Positions 19,923-30,126 are shown, counted from the stretch's first letter. The stretch is 64,000 bases of DNA from Candidatus Poribacteria bacterium (GCA_965242965.1 OZ251518.1:1984001-2048000), one strand, 5' to 3'. Made by a program: numbers and translations. Notes: a model not told the origin generated them from the sequence alone.

Positions 19923-20969
19923 ATGAAAATCGTAACGCTAAAACTCATTTTTATCCTCGTCTTATCCTGCTGTCATTTTGGGTGCCAAGGCGGCGCGTTA
20001 AACCTCGATTCTGTCGGCGGCAGTTTAGAGATTGTCGAAAAATCTGGCGAACTTACCGAAAACGAAGTGTGGGATGGACGCATCTATGTTACCGGCACCG
20101 TTATCGTCCCGGAAGGCATCACGCTAACCATCCGTTCCGGTGCCATCGTCGGGTTTGAGCCGATGGAGACACCGAGTCAAATCCTCGTGCGGGGGGAACT
20201 TTACGCCGAAGGCTCGCCAGATTTGATGATAGTCTTCGGTTCACTCGGCGCGCAACCGACGGAGCAAGGGGAAACCAAAACGCCAGCGACTTCGCCTTTT
20301 GCCAGCGGATACGGCTTACCGCGAACGCAGACAATTACACAATCAACAACCATGACAACCGCCGCACCGCCAAAAGCAGGAGATTGGCGAGGCATTCGCA
20401 TTGAGTCACAAAGCCCGAATAGCAGGCTCACCTATTGCCGCATTCAACACGCAACGGCGGGTATCACGATTAGCACCGATGCCGTGCAGATTGAGCGATG
20501 CCTTTTCAGCATGAACAATATCGGCGTGCTTTGCGAAAATGCGAATCCGACTATCACGAATAACGAGTTCAACCGCAACGGCACGGGACTCCAATTCCGT
20601 GGTGCTGCCGCGCCGGAGGTGGAGCATAACGCCTTCGCCGCGAACGAATACGGCATTATCTGTGAGGACGATTCGCGGCCGCGCATCGTTTACAACGAAA
20701 TCCGCGCGAATTATCAGCACGCCATCGTCTGTTATTCCACCGCCTCACCGGAGATTGTCTCTAACAACATCACGATGAACGTCGGATGGGCAGTTTACGA
20801 TGGCGGCAGACTCCGCGATAATTACATCAGTGGGAATAAACAGGCGGGACCCGGCATTACGGAACTCTCAATCAGCACACAAAGCGAACAGATTTACAGC
20901 GTTGATGAGACGTTAGACCCGAGGACTACGCCTGTCCCCGAAGCGGGAGTGCAACGGGATAATTTTTAG
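19923..20969 (+). CDS. Exported right-handed beta-helix (NosD-like) protein
   Basis: Signal/lipoprotein-like N-terminus; GDWRGI; repeated P.I..N....N..GI turns. Confidence 0.8.
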   Translation: MKIVTLKLIFILVLSCCHFGCQGGALNLDSVGGSLEIVEKSGELTENEVWDGRIYVTGTVIVPEGITLTIRSGAIVGFEPMETPSQILVRGELYAEGSPDLMIVFGSLGAQPTEQGETKTPATSPFASGYGLPRTQTITQSTTMTTAAPPKAGDWRGIRIESQSPNSRLTYCRIQHATAGITISTDAVQIERCLFSMNNIGVLCENANPTITNNEFNRNGTGLQFRGAAAPEVEHNAFAANEYGIICEDDSRPRIVYNEIRANYQHAIVCYSTASPEIVSNNITMNVGWAVYDGGRLRDNYISGNKQAGPGITELSISTQSEQIYSVDETLDPRTTPVPEAGVQRDNF

Positions 20970-21004
20970 CGCGCCGTTGAAAATCGCGTCTACCGATTTA
21001 AGGT

Positions 21005-21578
21005 GAGGGTGTTTCATATTTCGATGCGTTCGGTAGGAGAGCCCTCTAGTCTCGATGTTCCCGTAGGGCGGGGGACAGGCCCCCGCCCTACGAGGAAAGG
21101 AAGGCGTTATTTTTATCGTAGCGCGGGGGCCTGTCCCCCGCGATCGTTGGAGTGCGCGTGCACGCACGATGGCGGGGGCCTGTCCCTCGCCCTACGAGGA
21201 AAGGAAGGCGTTATTTATCGTAGCGCGGGGGCCTGTCCCCCGCGAGTTCCATCGTTCCGATGTGTGTTTCCCCCGCTGTAGTTTGTGATCACCTGATCAC
21301 AAACAGTTCAGGATCAGGCGATCCTGACTTACAGGGGTGATGCGGTCTGGCAGCAAAACGATGGCGAGGGACAGGCCCTCGCCCTACGGTGAAGTGCCGT
21401 TTTTATCGTAGCGCGGGGGCCTGTCCCCCGCGAGTTCCATCGTCACGATGTGTTTCCCCCGCTGTAGTTTGTGCTCGCCTGATCACAAACAGGTCAGGAT
21501 CAGGCGATTCTTACCTACAGAGGTGGGCTTGCATTGAGACCGGGAGGTCTCTCCTTCGGGGATTTATGAAATACCCTC
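21005..21578. mobile_element. MITE-like cassette with REP cargo
   Basis: TIRs GAGGGTGTTTCATA / TATGAAATACCCTC; flanks ATTTAAGGT / AGTTAAGGT (8/9). Confidence 0.75.
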
Positions 21579-21594
21579 AGTTAAGGTGTCTATT

Positions 21595-22518
21595 ATGAGC
21601 CGCCTGAAGGCATATCTTGAACTCATCCGTTATCCGCTCTTCGCGATTCCGATAGTCGCAACGCTCCCCGGCGCGCTCATCGCAAGCGAGGGGAAACTGA
21701 CATGGCGCGTCGCGGCGGCACTGTTCATCGCGCTGTGTGGCTACTTCGCCGGGATGATAAAGAATGACTACTTCCACCACGAGACAGATAGCCTGACAAA
21801 CCCGGAACGCCCGCTGCCGTCGCGTCGCCTAACGCCGCGGCAAGCACTCGTCCCGGCGAGTGTTATCTACGGGTTATGCGTCATCGCCGGCTTCTGGCTC
21901 AACGTCAAAGCAGGACTGCTGGTAATCAGTTTAGTTGCCATTTCGCATCTCTACAATGCGATTTTCAAGGCGCGCGGTATATTGGGCAGCCTGACACTGC
22001 CGATAGGCATCGGGTTGCTGAACGTTTTCGGCGCGCTAGTCGTCAGCGGCGAGGTGCCGCGGCTCGTATGGTATGCCTTCGCCGCGACGACGCTTTACGA
22101 TTTCGGCACGCACATCACTACCACGTTCAAAGATCTTGCGCGTGACGAAGCACTCGGCATCACGACGACACCCCTCCAGATAGGCATCCGCCCGGCGTTA
22201 TGGCTCTCCGCGCTCGCGACGATGCTCGCGTTCGCTGTCGCGCTCTTGCCGTATTGGCTTGAGCCGTTGAATCAGAAATCTTATGCTGTTTGGGTAGTTT
22301 TAGGTATCGTCGCCACGGTTGCCACGCGCATCCCGCTCTATCTGCAACCGAGTGAAAAGAACGGGTATTTCGCGCTGAAGGGTTCAATGGTGGGTTCAAT
22401 TCTCTTTTTTCCCTGCCTCATCGGCGCGCAGGTGTCTATTGTTGTTGCAGCGGCGGTTATCGTGCCGTTGCTATTGATTACGACGTTTTTGTTGAAGACG
22501 ACACGTCAGGAAGTTTGA
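21595..22518 (+). CDS. UbiA family prenyltransferase
   Basis: NDYF..ETD...NPERPLPS, KDLARDEALGITT, multiple TM helices. Confidence 0.85.
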   Translation: MSRLKAYLELIRYPLFAIPIVATLPGALIASEGKLTWRVAAALFIALCGYFAGMIKNDYFHHETDSLTNPERPLPSRRLTPRQALVPASVIYGLCVIAGFWLNVKAGLLVISLVAISHLYNAIFKARGILGSLTLPIGIGLLNVFGALVVSGEVPRLVWYAFAATTLYDFGTHITTTFKDLARDEALGITTTPLQIGIRPALWLSALATMLAFAVALLPYWLEPLNQKSYAVWVVLGIVATVATRIPLYLQPSEKNGYFALKGSMVGSILFFPCLIGAQVSIVVAAAVIVPLLLITTFLLKTTRQEV

Positions 22519-22544
22519 TTGTAATAGGGGAGAAGCATCGGATT

Positions 22545-23993
22545 ATGAAAAATATCGTTTTACTTATCACGGACACGTTCCGTTATGACAATCTCGGAGA
22601 ACGCGCAGCACGCCCCATCCGCACGCCGCACCTCGATCGGTTTGAGGCGGAACGCGCCACTACCATCGACAAATTCTATATGAGCAGCTTCCCCACTGTG
22701 CCGCATCGCACCGATGTGGCAACAGGCACAGTTGGGTGGCCCCACTATCCGTGGCAACCCATTGATGTAAGCGGGCCGAATCATATCGCGCAACTCCTCG
22801 GTGCGCAGGGTTACGCGACGCAGCTTATCTGTGATTGCCCGCATCTGTTTAACACGCGGTTCCAGCACGGATTTGATGCTGCCTTCCAGCATCGCGGACA
22901 AGAAGGCGATAAACCGCTGCTGCACCTCAATGATGCGATTCAAATCGTCATGCCGGACGAGAAGACGCGTCCGCAGCCCTCCTTCAGAGGCAATACCTTG
23001 CCGAATACGCATCGGTGGACAAACCGCTATTATCAGTATGAGGCGGAGACGTTCTCGGGCAGGACATCAGAAACGACGGTGCGGTGGTTAGAGGAGAACT
23101 ACAAGTCGGGGCCGTTCTTCCTTTGGGTGGATTTCTTCGATCCGCATGAGCCGTGGGATCCGCCGGAATACATCGTCAAACGGTATGACCCGGGTTACAC
23201 CGGCGCGCCGATGCTGCATCCAAATTACGGCAGAGCTTCGCTTTACACGGAGGCGGAGTTGCACAATTTATGGGCGCACTACGCGGGTGAAGCAGAGCTC
23301 GTAGACAGGCACATCGGACGCATTTTGGAAAAGGTAACCGATCTAGAGTTATGGGACGATACCCTTGTCATCGTCATGTCCGACCACGGTATGTCCATCG
23401 GCGAGCATGAACGCACCGGTAAATCTAACATCGACCCGGGCGACACGCGCTATTGGCCGACGTATCCGGAAATTAACCACGAGATGTTCCTCATCGCGGG
23501 CGGCGATGTGCCGCGCGGGCAACGCCGGAACTTCATCGCGCAGCCGATGGATATCTTCCCGACACTCTGCGCGTTAGCGGATGTGACGGTGGAACCTCGT
23601 AAACCGTTTGAGGGACGTTCGTTTGCGGATGCACTGCGCAGCGGCGAGGGAGAGCATCGGGAGTATGCCGTGACAGGCTGTCATATCGGTGCGCGGGATG
23701 GCACGGTACCGAGTCGTGCGACAACGCCGTTTCTCGTCACGGAGCGTTGGGGTTACGCACCGGTTGGTGCGGATGGCACACCGGAGTTGTTCGATCTCCC
23801 CGTTGATGCGCTAGCCGAGAATAACATTGCCGCTGACAACGTATCGCTCGTTGCGGAATTGCACGAGATGTTCATGACGCATCTGGTGGAGCACAACGCG
23901 CCCGAGCATTTCTTGGCACTTTGGCGGGAGTTACCTTCCGGAGAGGGGCGCGGCACCTGGTCGATCGATTATCCTGATGAGTCGGATGAATAG
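22545..23993 (+). CDS. Sulfatase-like hydrolase (alkaline phosphatase superfamily)
   Basis: NIVLLITDTFRYD, TPHLD, TVPHR at the C/SxPxR position, DPHEPW, SDHG. Confidence 0.85.
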   Translation: MKNIVLLITDTFRYDNLGERAARPIRTPHLDRFEAERATTIDKFYMSSFPTVPHRTDVATGTVGWPHYPWQPIDVSGPNHIAQLLGAQGYATQLICDCPHLFNTRFQHGFDAAFQHRGQEGDKPLLHLNDAIQIVMPDEKTRPQPSFRGNTLPNTHRWTNRYYQYEAETFSGRTSETTVRWLEENYKSGPFFLWVDFFDPHEPWDPPEYIVKRYDPGYTGAPMLHPNYGRASLYTEAELHNLWAHYAGEAELVDRHIGRILEKVTDLELWDDTLVIVMSDHGMSIGEHERTGKSNIDPGDTRYWPTYPEINHEMFLIAGGDVPRGQRRNFIAQPMDIFPTLCALADVTVEPRKPFEGRSFADALRSGEGEHREYAVTGCHIGARDGTVPSRATTPFLVTERWGYAPVGADGTPELFDLPVDALAENNIAADNVSLVAELHEMFMTHLVEHNAPEHFLALWRELPSGEGRGTWSIDYPDESDE

Positions 23994-24015
23994 GGAAGAA
24001 AAACGCGTCACGGTG

Positions 24016-24237
24016 CGTAGGGCGAGGGCCCTCGCCTGCCACACGCGCAGGCGAGCGGGTTTCCCTCGCCTTGCGTTTGGCTGGCAGACCGCATCACCTC
24101 TGTAGGTCAGGAGCACCTGCTCCTGACCCGTTCGGGAGCGGGTGCTCCCGAACTACAGCGGTGGGCCCGATGCCTTCCGGTATTCGCCATCCCTCCAAGA
24201 CAGGATAAATACCGAAACAGAGTTATGAAACACCCTC
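24016..24237. repeat. REP mosaic ending in a solo MITE end
   Basis: GTAG hairpins; TTATGAAACACCCTC at 24223..24237. Confidence 0.75.
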
Positions 24238-24240
24238 GCC

Positions 24241-25017
24241 TTATTTTGGGAGTTCCAGAAATTCATAAGGGTCAATCCCCCCATCTGGAAATTCATAAAC
24301 GGTTAAATGTGGCGGGAGGATACCTGTCAGGATTTCGTCAAAATATCTATCTTCAACATCTGGAGACGTAAGCCAACGCTGGACATGCGGCTTGCCATCT
24401 GCCCCGACAGAATCCGCCCACTTGATGTAAACCACATTGTCAATAATCGGATAAATGAGCCGATACTTACCATTAAATACAGCACCAAGGGTATGAATCC
24501 CTTGAGTCCATAACTTGATCTGGACTCTTGCTATCAACTCATGGTCTGGTGACATTGAGCGCGTGCTGATGTCATCCCAAATATCTTGTTCCGGAAAATC
24601 AGGCGGAACTTTCGGATACGGACCAAAACCGTAAGGGGAAATCCCGGAAGACGCGTGATCGATTGCAGTCTCATGAGCTTCCTCCATCAACGGTTCTTCG
24701 TCTACATCAACGAAGTCCGTTTCCGCTAATTGTTCTACCTCCGTTTCCGCAGACACCGTTTCGTGGATGTCGTCAACGTCAATGGCGAGTGCATCCGGTT
24801 GTTCCAAGGTGCTGATGTCTGAGGGCTCGGTTTGCTGCATGATTTGGGTGTCCGCATTTTTTGCCAAGTATTGCTGAACCAACCGCTGGCTCCTGTCATC
24901 TTCTTCCTGAATGCCGCGGTTGACATGCCAACTATAGAGAAGGCTGCCTGAAACCATTAGGAAGCAGAAGAGGATTCCAGCGAGGACAACTTTATTTGAG
25001 AAGATCTCGCGGAACAT
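24241..25017 (-). CDS. Hypothetical membrane-anchored protein
   Basis: GAGG RBS, N-terminal TM, acidic linker, SPYGFGPYP domain. Confidence 0.75.
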   Translation of the reverse strand: MFREIFSNKVVLAGILFCFLMVSGSLLYSWHVNRGIQEEDDRSQRLVQQYLAKNADTQIMQQTEPSDISTLEQPDALAIDVDDIHETVSAETEVEQLAETDFVDVDEEPLMEEAHETAIDHASSGISPYGFGPYPKVPPDFPEQDIWDDISTRSMSPDHELIARVQIKLWTQGIHTLGAVFNGKYRLIYPIIDNVVYIKWADSVGADGKPHVQRWLTSPDVEDRYFDEILTGILPPHLTVYEFPDGGIDPYEFLELPK

Positions 25018-25030
25018 ATGTCACCTCTTG

Positions 25031-25229
25031 AGGCGAGGGACAGGCCCTCGCCCTACGTGAAGGGCGGCGTTTTTTCACCGTAGCGCGGGGGCCTGTCCCC
25101 CGCGATCGTTGGGGTACGCGAAACGATGGCGAGGGACAGGCCCTCGCCCTACGTGAAAGAGAGGCGTTTTTTATCGTAGCGCGGGGGCCTGTCCCCCGCG
25201 ACGTTGAGCGATTTATGAAACACCACCTC
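25031..25229. repeat. REP mosaic ending in a degenerate MITE end
   Basis: Four CCTGT-loop hairpins in alternating orientation; TTATGAAACACCACCTC. Confidence 0.8.
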
Positions 25230-25231
25230 AT

Positions 25232-26197
25232 TTACAGAATCCTCAATTCATCTTCCTCGCCGCTTGCCTCCAACACCTCTTCCAATTTTGTCGCGACGGT
25301 GCCGAACGCAGCGGATTGCGGCGAATCAGGATGCGCCGCGACGATAGGCACTCCCAAATCGCCGGCTGTGCAGACTTCTGCATCCAGCGGAATTTGTCCC
25401 AACAGCGAAACGCCGAACCGTTCGCTCATCGTTTTCCCGCCGTCTGCCCGGAAAATCTCCGTTTTTTCGTTGCAGTGCGGACAGAGGAAATAACTCATAT
25501 TTTCGATGATGCCCAAGATAGGCACACCGAGGCGTTCAAACATTGCCACGCCACGCCGCACATCCGCAAGGGCAACATCCTGTGGTGTCGTGACGATGAT
25601 TGCGCCGGTGAGCGGCATCGCCTGCGTTAACGAAAGCGCGACATCACCTGTCCCCGGCGGCAAATCGATGATGAGGTAATCCAATTCACCCCAATCCACA
25701 TCGCTGAGGAACTGACGGATAGCACTGTGCAACATCGGACCGCGCCAGATCATCGCCTGCTCTTCCGGCACCATGAACCCGATCGACATCAGTTTAATGT
25801 CGTGCCGGACGAGAGGGACAAGTTTGCGTTGCGGACTCGTCTGCGGCCGTTCTTGGATGCCCATCATCGTCGGGATGCTGGGACCGTAAGCATCCGCGTC
25901 CATTAAGCCGACGGCGGCACCCGCATTCGCTAGCGAGATAGCGAGGTTCGTCGCGACGGTTGATTTCCCAACGCCGCCCTTTCCACTCGCCACGGCAATC
26001 TTGAACCGCACGTTCGGCAACGCGATGTTCTGTTGCTGCGGCTGCTGTTGCGGTTGCTGCGGCTGCTGTTGTGGCTGCTGGGGTTTCCTGCCAGAAATCT
26101 GCGCGCCGCTGATAACCTTCAGTTCGGGATGCGGATTCGCCGCTGTCTCTGGTTTCGGCTGCGGCTTTTTTTCTTCGCCTTTTCTAAAAAATTTCAT
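25232..26197 (-). CDS. mrp: Mrp/ApbC Fe-S cluster carrier ATPase with Q/P-rich N-terminus
   Basis: ASGKGGVGKST, DAYGPS, WRGPM, DLPPGTGD, CPHC. Confidence 0.92.
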   Translation of the reverse strand: MKFFRKGEEKKPQPKPETAANPHPELKVISGAQISGRKPQQPQQQPQQPQQQPQQQNIALPNVRFKIAVASGKGGVGKSTVATNLAISLANAGAAVGLMDADAYGPSIPTMMGIQERPQTSPQRKLVPLVRHDIKLMSIGFMVPEEQAMIWRGPMLHSAIRQFLSDVDWGELDYLIIDLPPGTGDVALSLTQAMPLTGAIIVTTPQDVALADVRRGVAMFERLGVPILGIIENMSYFLCPHCNEKTEIFRADGGKTMSERFGVSLLGQIPLDAEVCTAGDLGVPIVAAHPDSPQSAAFGTVATKLEEVLEASGEEDELRIL

Positions 26198-26278
26198 GGC
26201 TGTCCTCTCTTCTTCTATCTGTTTGATTAGTTTTTTTAGTTTGATGCCACTGCCCTATCGGGACAGGGAGTTTATTGC

Positions 26279-26408
26279 ATCGAGACCTGGAGGTCTCTCC
26301 TACCTGTCAAGACTAGGAGGGCTTTCCTACCTGTTGCGTCTGGAAATTTCTGTAGGTTAAGATCGCCCGATCTTGACCTGTTTGCGCGCGGGCGATCGCA
26401 AACCTACA
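26279..26408. repeat. REP mosaic
   Basis: GAGACC-type hairpins and an inverted GCCC-loop pair. Confidence 0.75.
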
Positions 26409-26429
26409 GAAGGTGGAGAACGGCAGGTC

Positions 26430-27431
26430 TTATTCCGAGATAACTCCCGTTGCTCGCAGAAGAGTTTCCTGCACCAGCAACTCGTGCGAAACGGGTCGGT
26501 CGCGTAACTGCGCCCCGGCGATAGTCGCCAAGAACGCGTCTAATTCCAATTCATAGAGACGTTGGCGGCCCTCACCCGCGATTTCGACAATCTGTTCGCC
26601 TTTCGCATAGCCGTCCTTCGCTTCCTCCAGACACAGCCGAATCTTGAGCCCCGGCTCAAAAGGTTCAAGGATGATGGCACTGCCTTCGGTGCCGTAGACC
26701 TCGAAGCGGCGTGCCATCGGGCGCGGTTCCAAAGCGGAGATAGAAATGAACGCCATCGCCTTTTCAAATTCATACACGGTGAGCGTGTTGTCTTTGAAAG
26801 GTTCAACGGAGCCGCCATCGTTTCGGAGGAACGCCGTGACTTTCTCCGGCCTGCCGAGGAGCCAAAGCACCTGGTCTAGAACGTGGCCGCCCAAGTCAAA
26901 GAAGATACCACCGATGTGTTGACTGATGCGCGCGCGTGCCTCGTGCGAGACATTGGTGGACATGTGTGCGCGCACCGAGAACACATCGCCGAGGAAGCCA
27001 GAGTGCACCCACTCCGCAACCTGCTTGAAGGCAGAGTGATAGCGCAGCATATACCCCATCTGCACCAACAGCGATTTGTCGTCAGCGGTGCCGATGACGC
27101 GCTGCCACTGCCCCCAGTTTTCGCCAGCCGGTTTATCATACCAGACGTGCTTGCCGGCGTTGACAATCTCTTCCGTCTGGTCCAGGCTTTCGGCGTTGCT
27201 TCCTTCTGAAGCGATTGCGACGATGCTCTCATCGTTCAGCATTTCGGCTGCGCTTGCGAACCAGTGGACATCGGCGAAGGTGCCTGAGTCCGCTTGCAGT
27301 TTCGCGCGCTGTTCTGCATCGGGTTCAAAAACGCCGACGACTTCCACATCGGGATTTATGAGCATCGCCCGCAATTTCCCACCGGCGTGTCCATGTTTCG
27401 TTCCGTATTGTGCCATCCGTATTTTCGCCAT
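26430..27431 (-). CDS. Gfo/Idh/MocA family oxidoreductase
   Basis: GKHVWYDKP, MGYMLRY, GGIFFDLGGH. Confidence 0.85.
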   Translation of the reverse strand: MAKIRMAQYGTKHGHAGGKLRAMLINPDVEVVGVFEPDAEQRAKLQADSGTFADVHWFASAAEMLNDESIVAIASEGSNAESLDQTEEIVNAGKHVWYDKPAGENWGQWQRVIGTADDKSLLVQMGYMLRYHSAFKQVAEWVHSGFLGDVFSVRAHMSTNVSHEARARISQHIGGIFFDLGGHVLDQVLWLLGRPEKVTAFLRNDGGSVEPFKDNTLTVYEFEKAMAFISISALEPRPMARRFEVYGTEGSAIILEPFEPGLKIRLCLEEAKDGYAKGEQIVEIAGEGRQRLYELELDAFLATIAGAQLRDRPVSHELLVQETLLRATGVISE

Positions 27432-27474
27432 ATTTCGTCACTCCCGTGAAAGACAGAATTCGTGTTATGTGACG

Positions 27475-27503
27475 ATTATATGCAGAATCCAATTGCATGT
27501 CAA
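27475..27503 (-). promoter_or_regulatory. sigma70 promoter
   Basis: TTGACA-17-TATAAT upstream of 27431. Confidence 0.7.
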
Positions 27504-27664
27504 GAGATATTTTAGCGAACAACTTCCCTCCTCCCTACGATAAAAAATGCCATCCCTTTCACCGTAGCGCGAGGGCCTGTCCCTCGCGAACGTCGGCTAC
27601 GAAAAAAAACGCCCTCCCTGTTTCCGTAGCGCGAGGGCCTGTCCCTCGCGAGCGTTACTTATTT

Positions 27665-28110
27665 GAGGGTGTTTCATAACTCAAGAAACCGTCCGGTTAC
27701 CGTAGCGCGGGGGCCTGTCCCCCGCGAGCATCCCGTAGGAGAGACCTCCCGGTCTCGATGCAATAGACTCGTTCGGGTGCAGGCGCACCCGAACTACAGA
27801 GCGGTTCGGTGGACCGCAGCATGGCGAGGGACAGGCCCTCGCCCTACGGTATGCGGCACGTTTTTTTCACCGTAGCGCGGGGGCCTGTCCCCCGCGATCG
27901 TTGTTTGGCGAGAGACAGGCCCTCGCCCTACGGTAACCCGGGCCGTTTTTTTTACCGTCGATCCGTTCGGGAGCAGGCGCTCCCGAACTACGGTCTTTTC
28001 CAAGGTCTGGGCATGGCGAGGGACAGGCCCTCGCCCTACGGTAACCCGGGCCGTTTTATCGTAGCGCGGGGCCTGTCCCCGCGACGTTGAGCGAATTATG
28101 AAACACCCTC
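27665..28110. mobile_element. MITE-like cassette with REP cargo
   Basis: Perfect 15 bp TIRs GAGGGTGTTTCATAA / TTATGAAACACCCTC; flanks ACTTATTT / AGTTATTT. Confidence 0.8.
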
Positions 28111-28126
28111 AGTTATTTATTTCTAT

Positions 28127-28155
28127 TTGACAATTTCGTGCAAATAATGTATAAT
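28127..28155 (+). promoter_or_regulatory. sigma70 promoter of argJ
   Basis: TTGACA-17-TATAAT; AGGAG RBS follows. Confidence 0.75.
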
Positions 28156-28187
28156 TTATTCCACATTAAACTTTTAGGAGCGTTTTG

Positions 28188-29393
28188 ATGAAAAAGATAG
28201 ATGGCGGTATCACGGCGGCTACCGGGGTGCGCGCCGCAGGCGTGCATGCAGGACTCAAAAAATCAGGCAAGAAAGATGTAGCCATCATCGTAACGGATAC
28301 GCCTGCCGTTGCAGCCGGTGTCTTCACGAAGAATAGCGTCACCGCCGCACCTGTGCAGTTGTGCCGCCAGCACCTCGCCGATGCAACAGCGCAAGCGATA
28401 ATTGTCAACAGCGGGAATGCTAATGCTTGCACCGGCGAGCGCGGTATGACGAACGCGCAACAGATGGCAGCATTAACAGCCGAACACCTCGGGCTATCGG
28501 CAGAACGCGTCCTCGTCTCCTCAACCGGCGTGATAGGACAGCAGTTACCGATGGACACAATCGCGAACGGCATTCAACTCGCTGTCGATGCACTTAGCAC
28601 CGAAGGAGGAAGTGATGCCGCCGAGGCGATTATGACGACAGATACGCACCCCAAATCGGGCGCGGTTGAGGTAGAAATTGCCGGCGCACCGGTGAGAATC
28701 GGCGGGATTGCGAAAGGCTCAGGCATGATTGCGCCGAACATGGCGACAATGCTCTCGTTCCTGACGACAGATGCGTGCATCACGGGCGAAACGCTCCAAG
28801 CCGCGCTCACTCGGGTCGTTGACGACACCTATAATCTGCTCACGATAGATACCGACCGGAGCACGAATGACACGGTGTTGCTTCTCGCGACAGGGAAGGC
28901 AGGCAACCCTGAAATCGCTGAAACTGACAGCGAAAATTACGAGGCATTTTGTGCAGGACTAGCGTTCGTCTGCACTGAATTGACGAAGATGCTCGCGCGC
29001 GATGGCGAAGGCGCGACGAAACTAGTGGAAGTTGTCGTCACGAACGCGAAGAATCGCGCGGATGCGGAGAAAGCGGCGCGCGCTGTCGCAGAATCGCCTC
29101 TCGTCAAAACCGCAGTCTTCGCCAACGATGCCAACTGGGGACGCATCATGATGGCCATCGGCAAGTCGGATGCGGAATTCCATCCCTATCAGGTGGATGT
29201 ATGGCTCGGCGACTATCAACTCGTCAAAGATGGCATGGATGCCGGGTTTGACGAGGAAAAGGCAACGGAGCTGTTCTCGCAAGATCCGGTGCGGATTACC
29301 ATCGATTTGCGCGCCGGTGACGCAGAAATAACGATGTGGACGTGCGATTATTCCTACGATTACATCCGCATTAACGCCGATTATCGCACCTAA
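28188..29393 (+). CDS. argJ: Bifunctional ornithine acetyltransferase / N-acetylglutamate synthase
   Basis: NSGNANACTG, AIMTTDT, KGSGMIAPNMATML, STNDTV, DGEGATK, INADYRT. Confidence 0.97.
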   Translation: MKKIDGGITAATGVRAAGVHAGLKKSGKKDVAIIVTDTPAVAAGVFTKNSVTAAPVQLCRQHLADATAQAIIVNSGNANACTGERGMTNAQQMAALTAEHLGLSAERVLVSSTGVIGQQLPMDTIANGIQLAVDALSTEGGSDAAEAIMTTDTHPKSGAVEVEIAGAPVRIGGIAKGSGMIAPNMATMLSFLTTDACITGETLQAALTRVVDDTYNLLTIDTDRSTNDTVLLLATGKAGNPEIAETDSENYEAFCAGLAFVCTELTKMLARDGEGATKLVEVVVTNAKNRADAEKAARAVAESPLVKTAVFANDANWGRIMMAIGKSDAEFHPYQVDVWLGDYQLVKDGMDAGFDEEKATELFSQDPVRITIDLRAGDAEITMWTCDYSYDYIRINADYRT

Positions 29394-29415
29394 TTGCATA
29401 TTTTTGCAAAAATTC

Positions 29416-29476
29416 TTGACAAAAAGGTCGAATTTTGTTATTTTAATTTGACATTCGCGCGAAAATGTGGTATACT
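29416..29476 (+). promoter_or_regulatory. Tandem sigma70 promoters of the tRNA operon
   Basis: TTGACA-17-TATTTT (29416) and TTGACA-17-TATACT (29448), both with extended TG. Confidence 0.7.
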
Positions 29477-29529
29477 ATATAAGCATTTGGAAATATGCAC
29501 GGGTTTGCGCGCATGTTTCATAAATTTAT

Positions 29530-29601
29530 GCGGGAGTAGCTCAGTGGTAGAGCTCCACCTTGCCAAGGTGGAGGTCGCGAGTTCAAATCTCGTCTCCCGC
29601 T
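29530..29601 (+). tRNA. tRNA-Gly(GCC)
   Basis: GCGGGAG/CTCCCGC acceptor stem, CCACC-TTGCCAA-GGTGG anticodon arm, GTTCAAAT T-loop; CCA not encoded. Confidence 0.95.
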
Positions 29602-29626
29602 TTTGCCTATCGGGTGTGTTCAGATT

Positions 29627-29821
29627 GCATCGAGACCGGCTTGATTTCTGTAGGTAAAGAGCGCCTGCTCTTTACTGCATCGAGACCAGGAGGTCTCTCC
29701 TACTGGTTTGATTTTTGTAGGTAAAGAGTGCCTACTCTTTACTGCATTGAGACCGGGAGGTCTCTCCTACCGAGAAATTGAGACCGGGAGAGGTGTATCG
29801 AGACCAGGAGGTCTCTCCTAC
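29627..29821. repeat. REP cluster between tRNA-Gly and tRNA-Cys
   Basis: Alternating GAGACC-type and GTAGGTAAAGAG.GCCT.CTCTTTAC hairpins. Confidence 0.85.
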
Positions 29822-29831
29822 CCAAAAATAT

Positions 29832-29903
29832 GGTGGCGTAGCCAAGTGGTAAGGCCAGAGTCTGCAAAACTCTTATGCGTCGGTTCGATTCCGACCGCCA
29901 CCT
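29832..29903 (+). tRNA. tRNA-Cys(GCA)
   Basis: GGTGGCG/CGCCACC acceptor, AGAGT-CTGCAAA-ACTCT, GTTCGAT. Confidence 0.95.
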
Positions 29904-29914
29904 TCACTCCTCAC

Positions 29915-29988
29915 GGGCGGTTAGCTCAGGTGGCTAGAGCGTTTGCTTGACATGCAAGAGGTCACAGGTTCAAGTCCTGTACCGCCCA
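29915..29988 (+). tRNA. tRNA-Val(GAC)
   Basis: GGGCGGT/ACCGCCC acceptor, TTGC-TTGACAT-GCAA, GTTCAAG. Confidence 0.95.
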
Positions 29989-30059
29989 TTTCCTAATCGT
30001 TCAGTTTTCCCTTCCTATTCTATTCCTATCCACAAAATGCCACCTCCTCAATTTTTTTC

Positions 30060-30088
30060 TTGACATTTCCATATTTTTGTGGTATCAT
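30060..30088 (+). promoter_or_regulatory. sigma70 promoter of the ABC operon
   Basis: TTGACA-17-TATCAT with extended TG. Confidence 0.6.
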
Positions 30089-30126
30089 TTTAACGTATCT
30101 TTTCACAAATGGTTAGAAAACGTTTT

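Noticed and set aside
29530-29988. Integrated island at the tRNA genes
   Set aside because: No integrase and no duplicated tRNA 3' end found in the window
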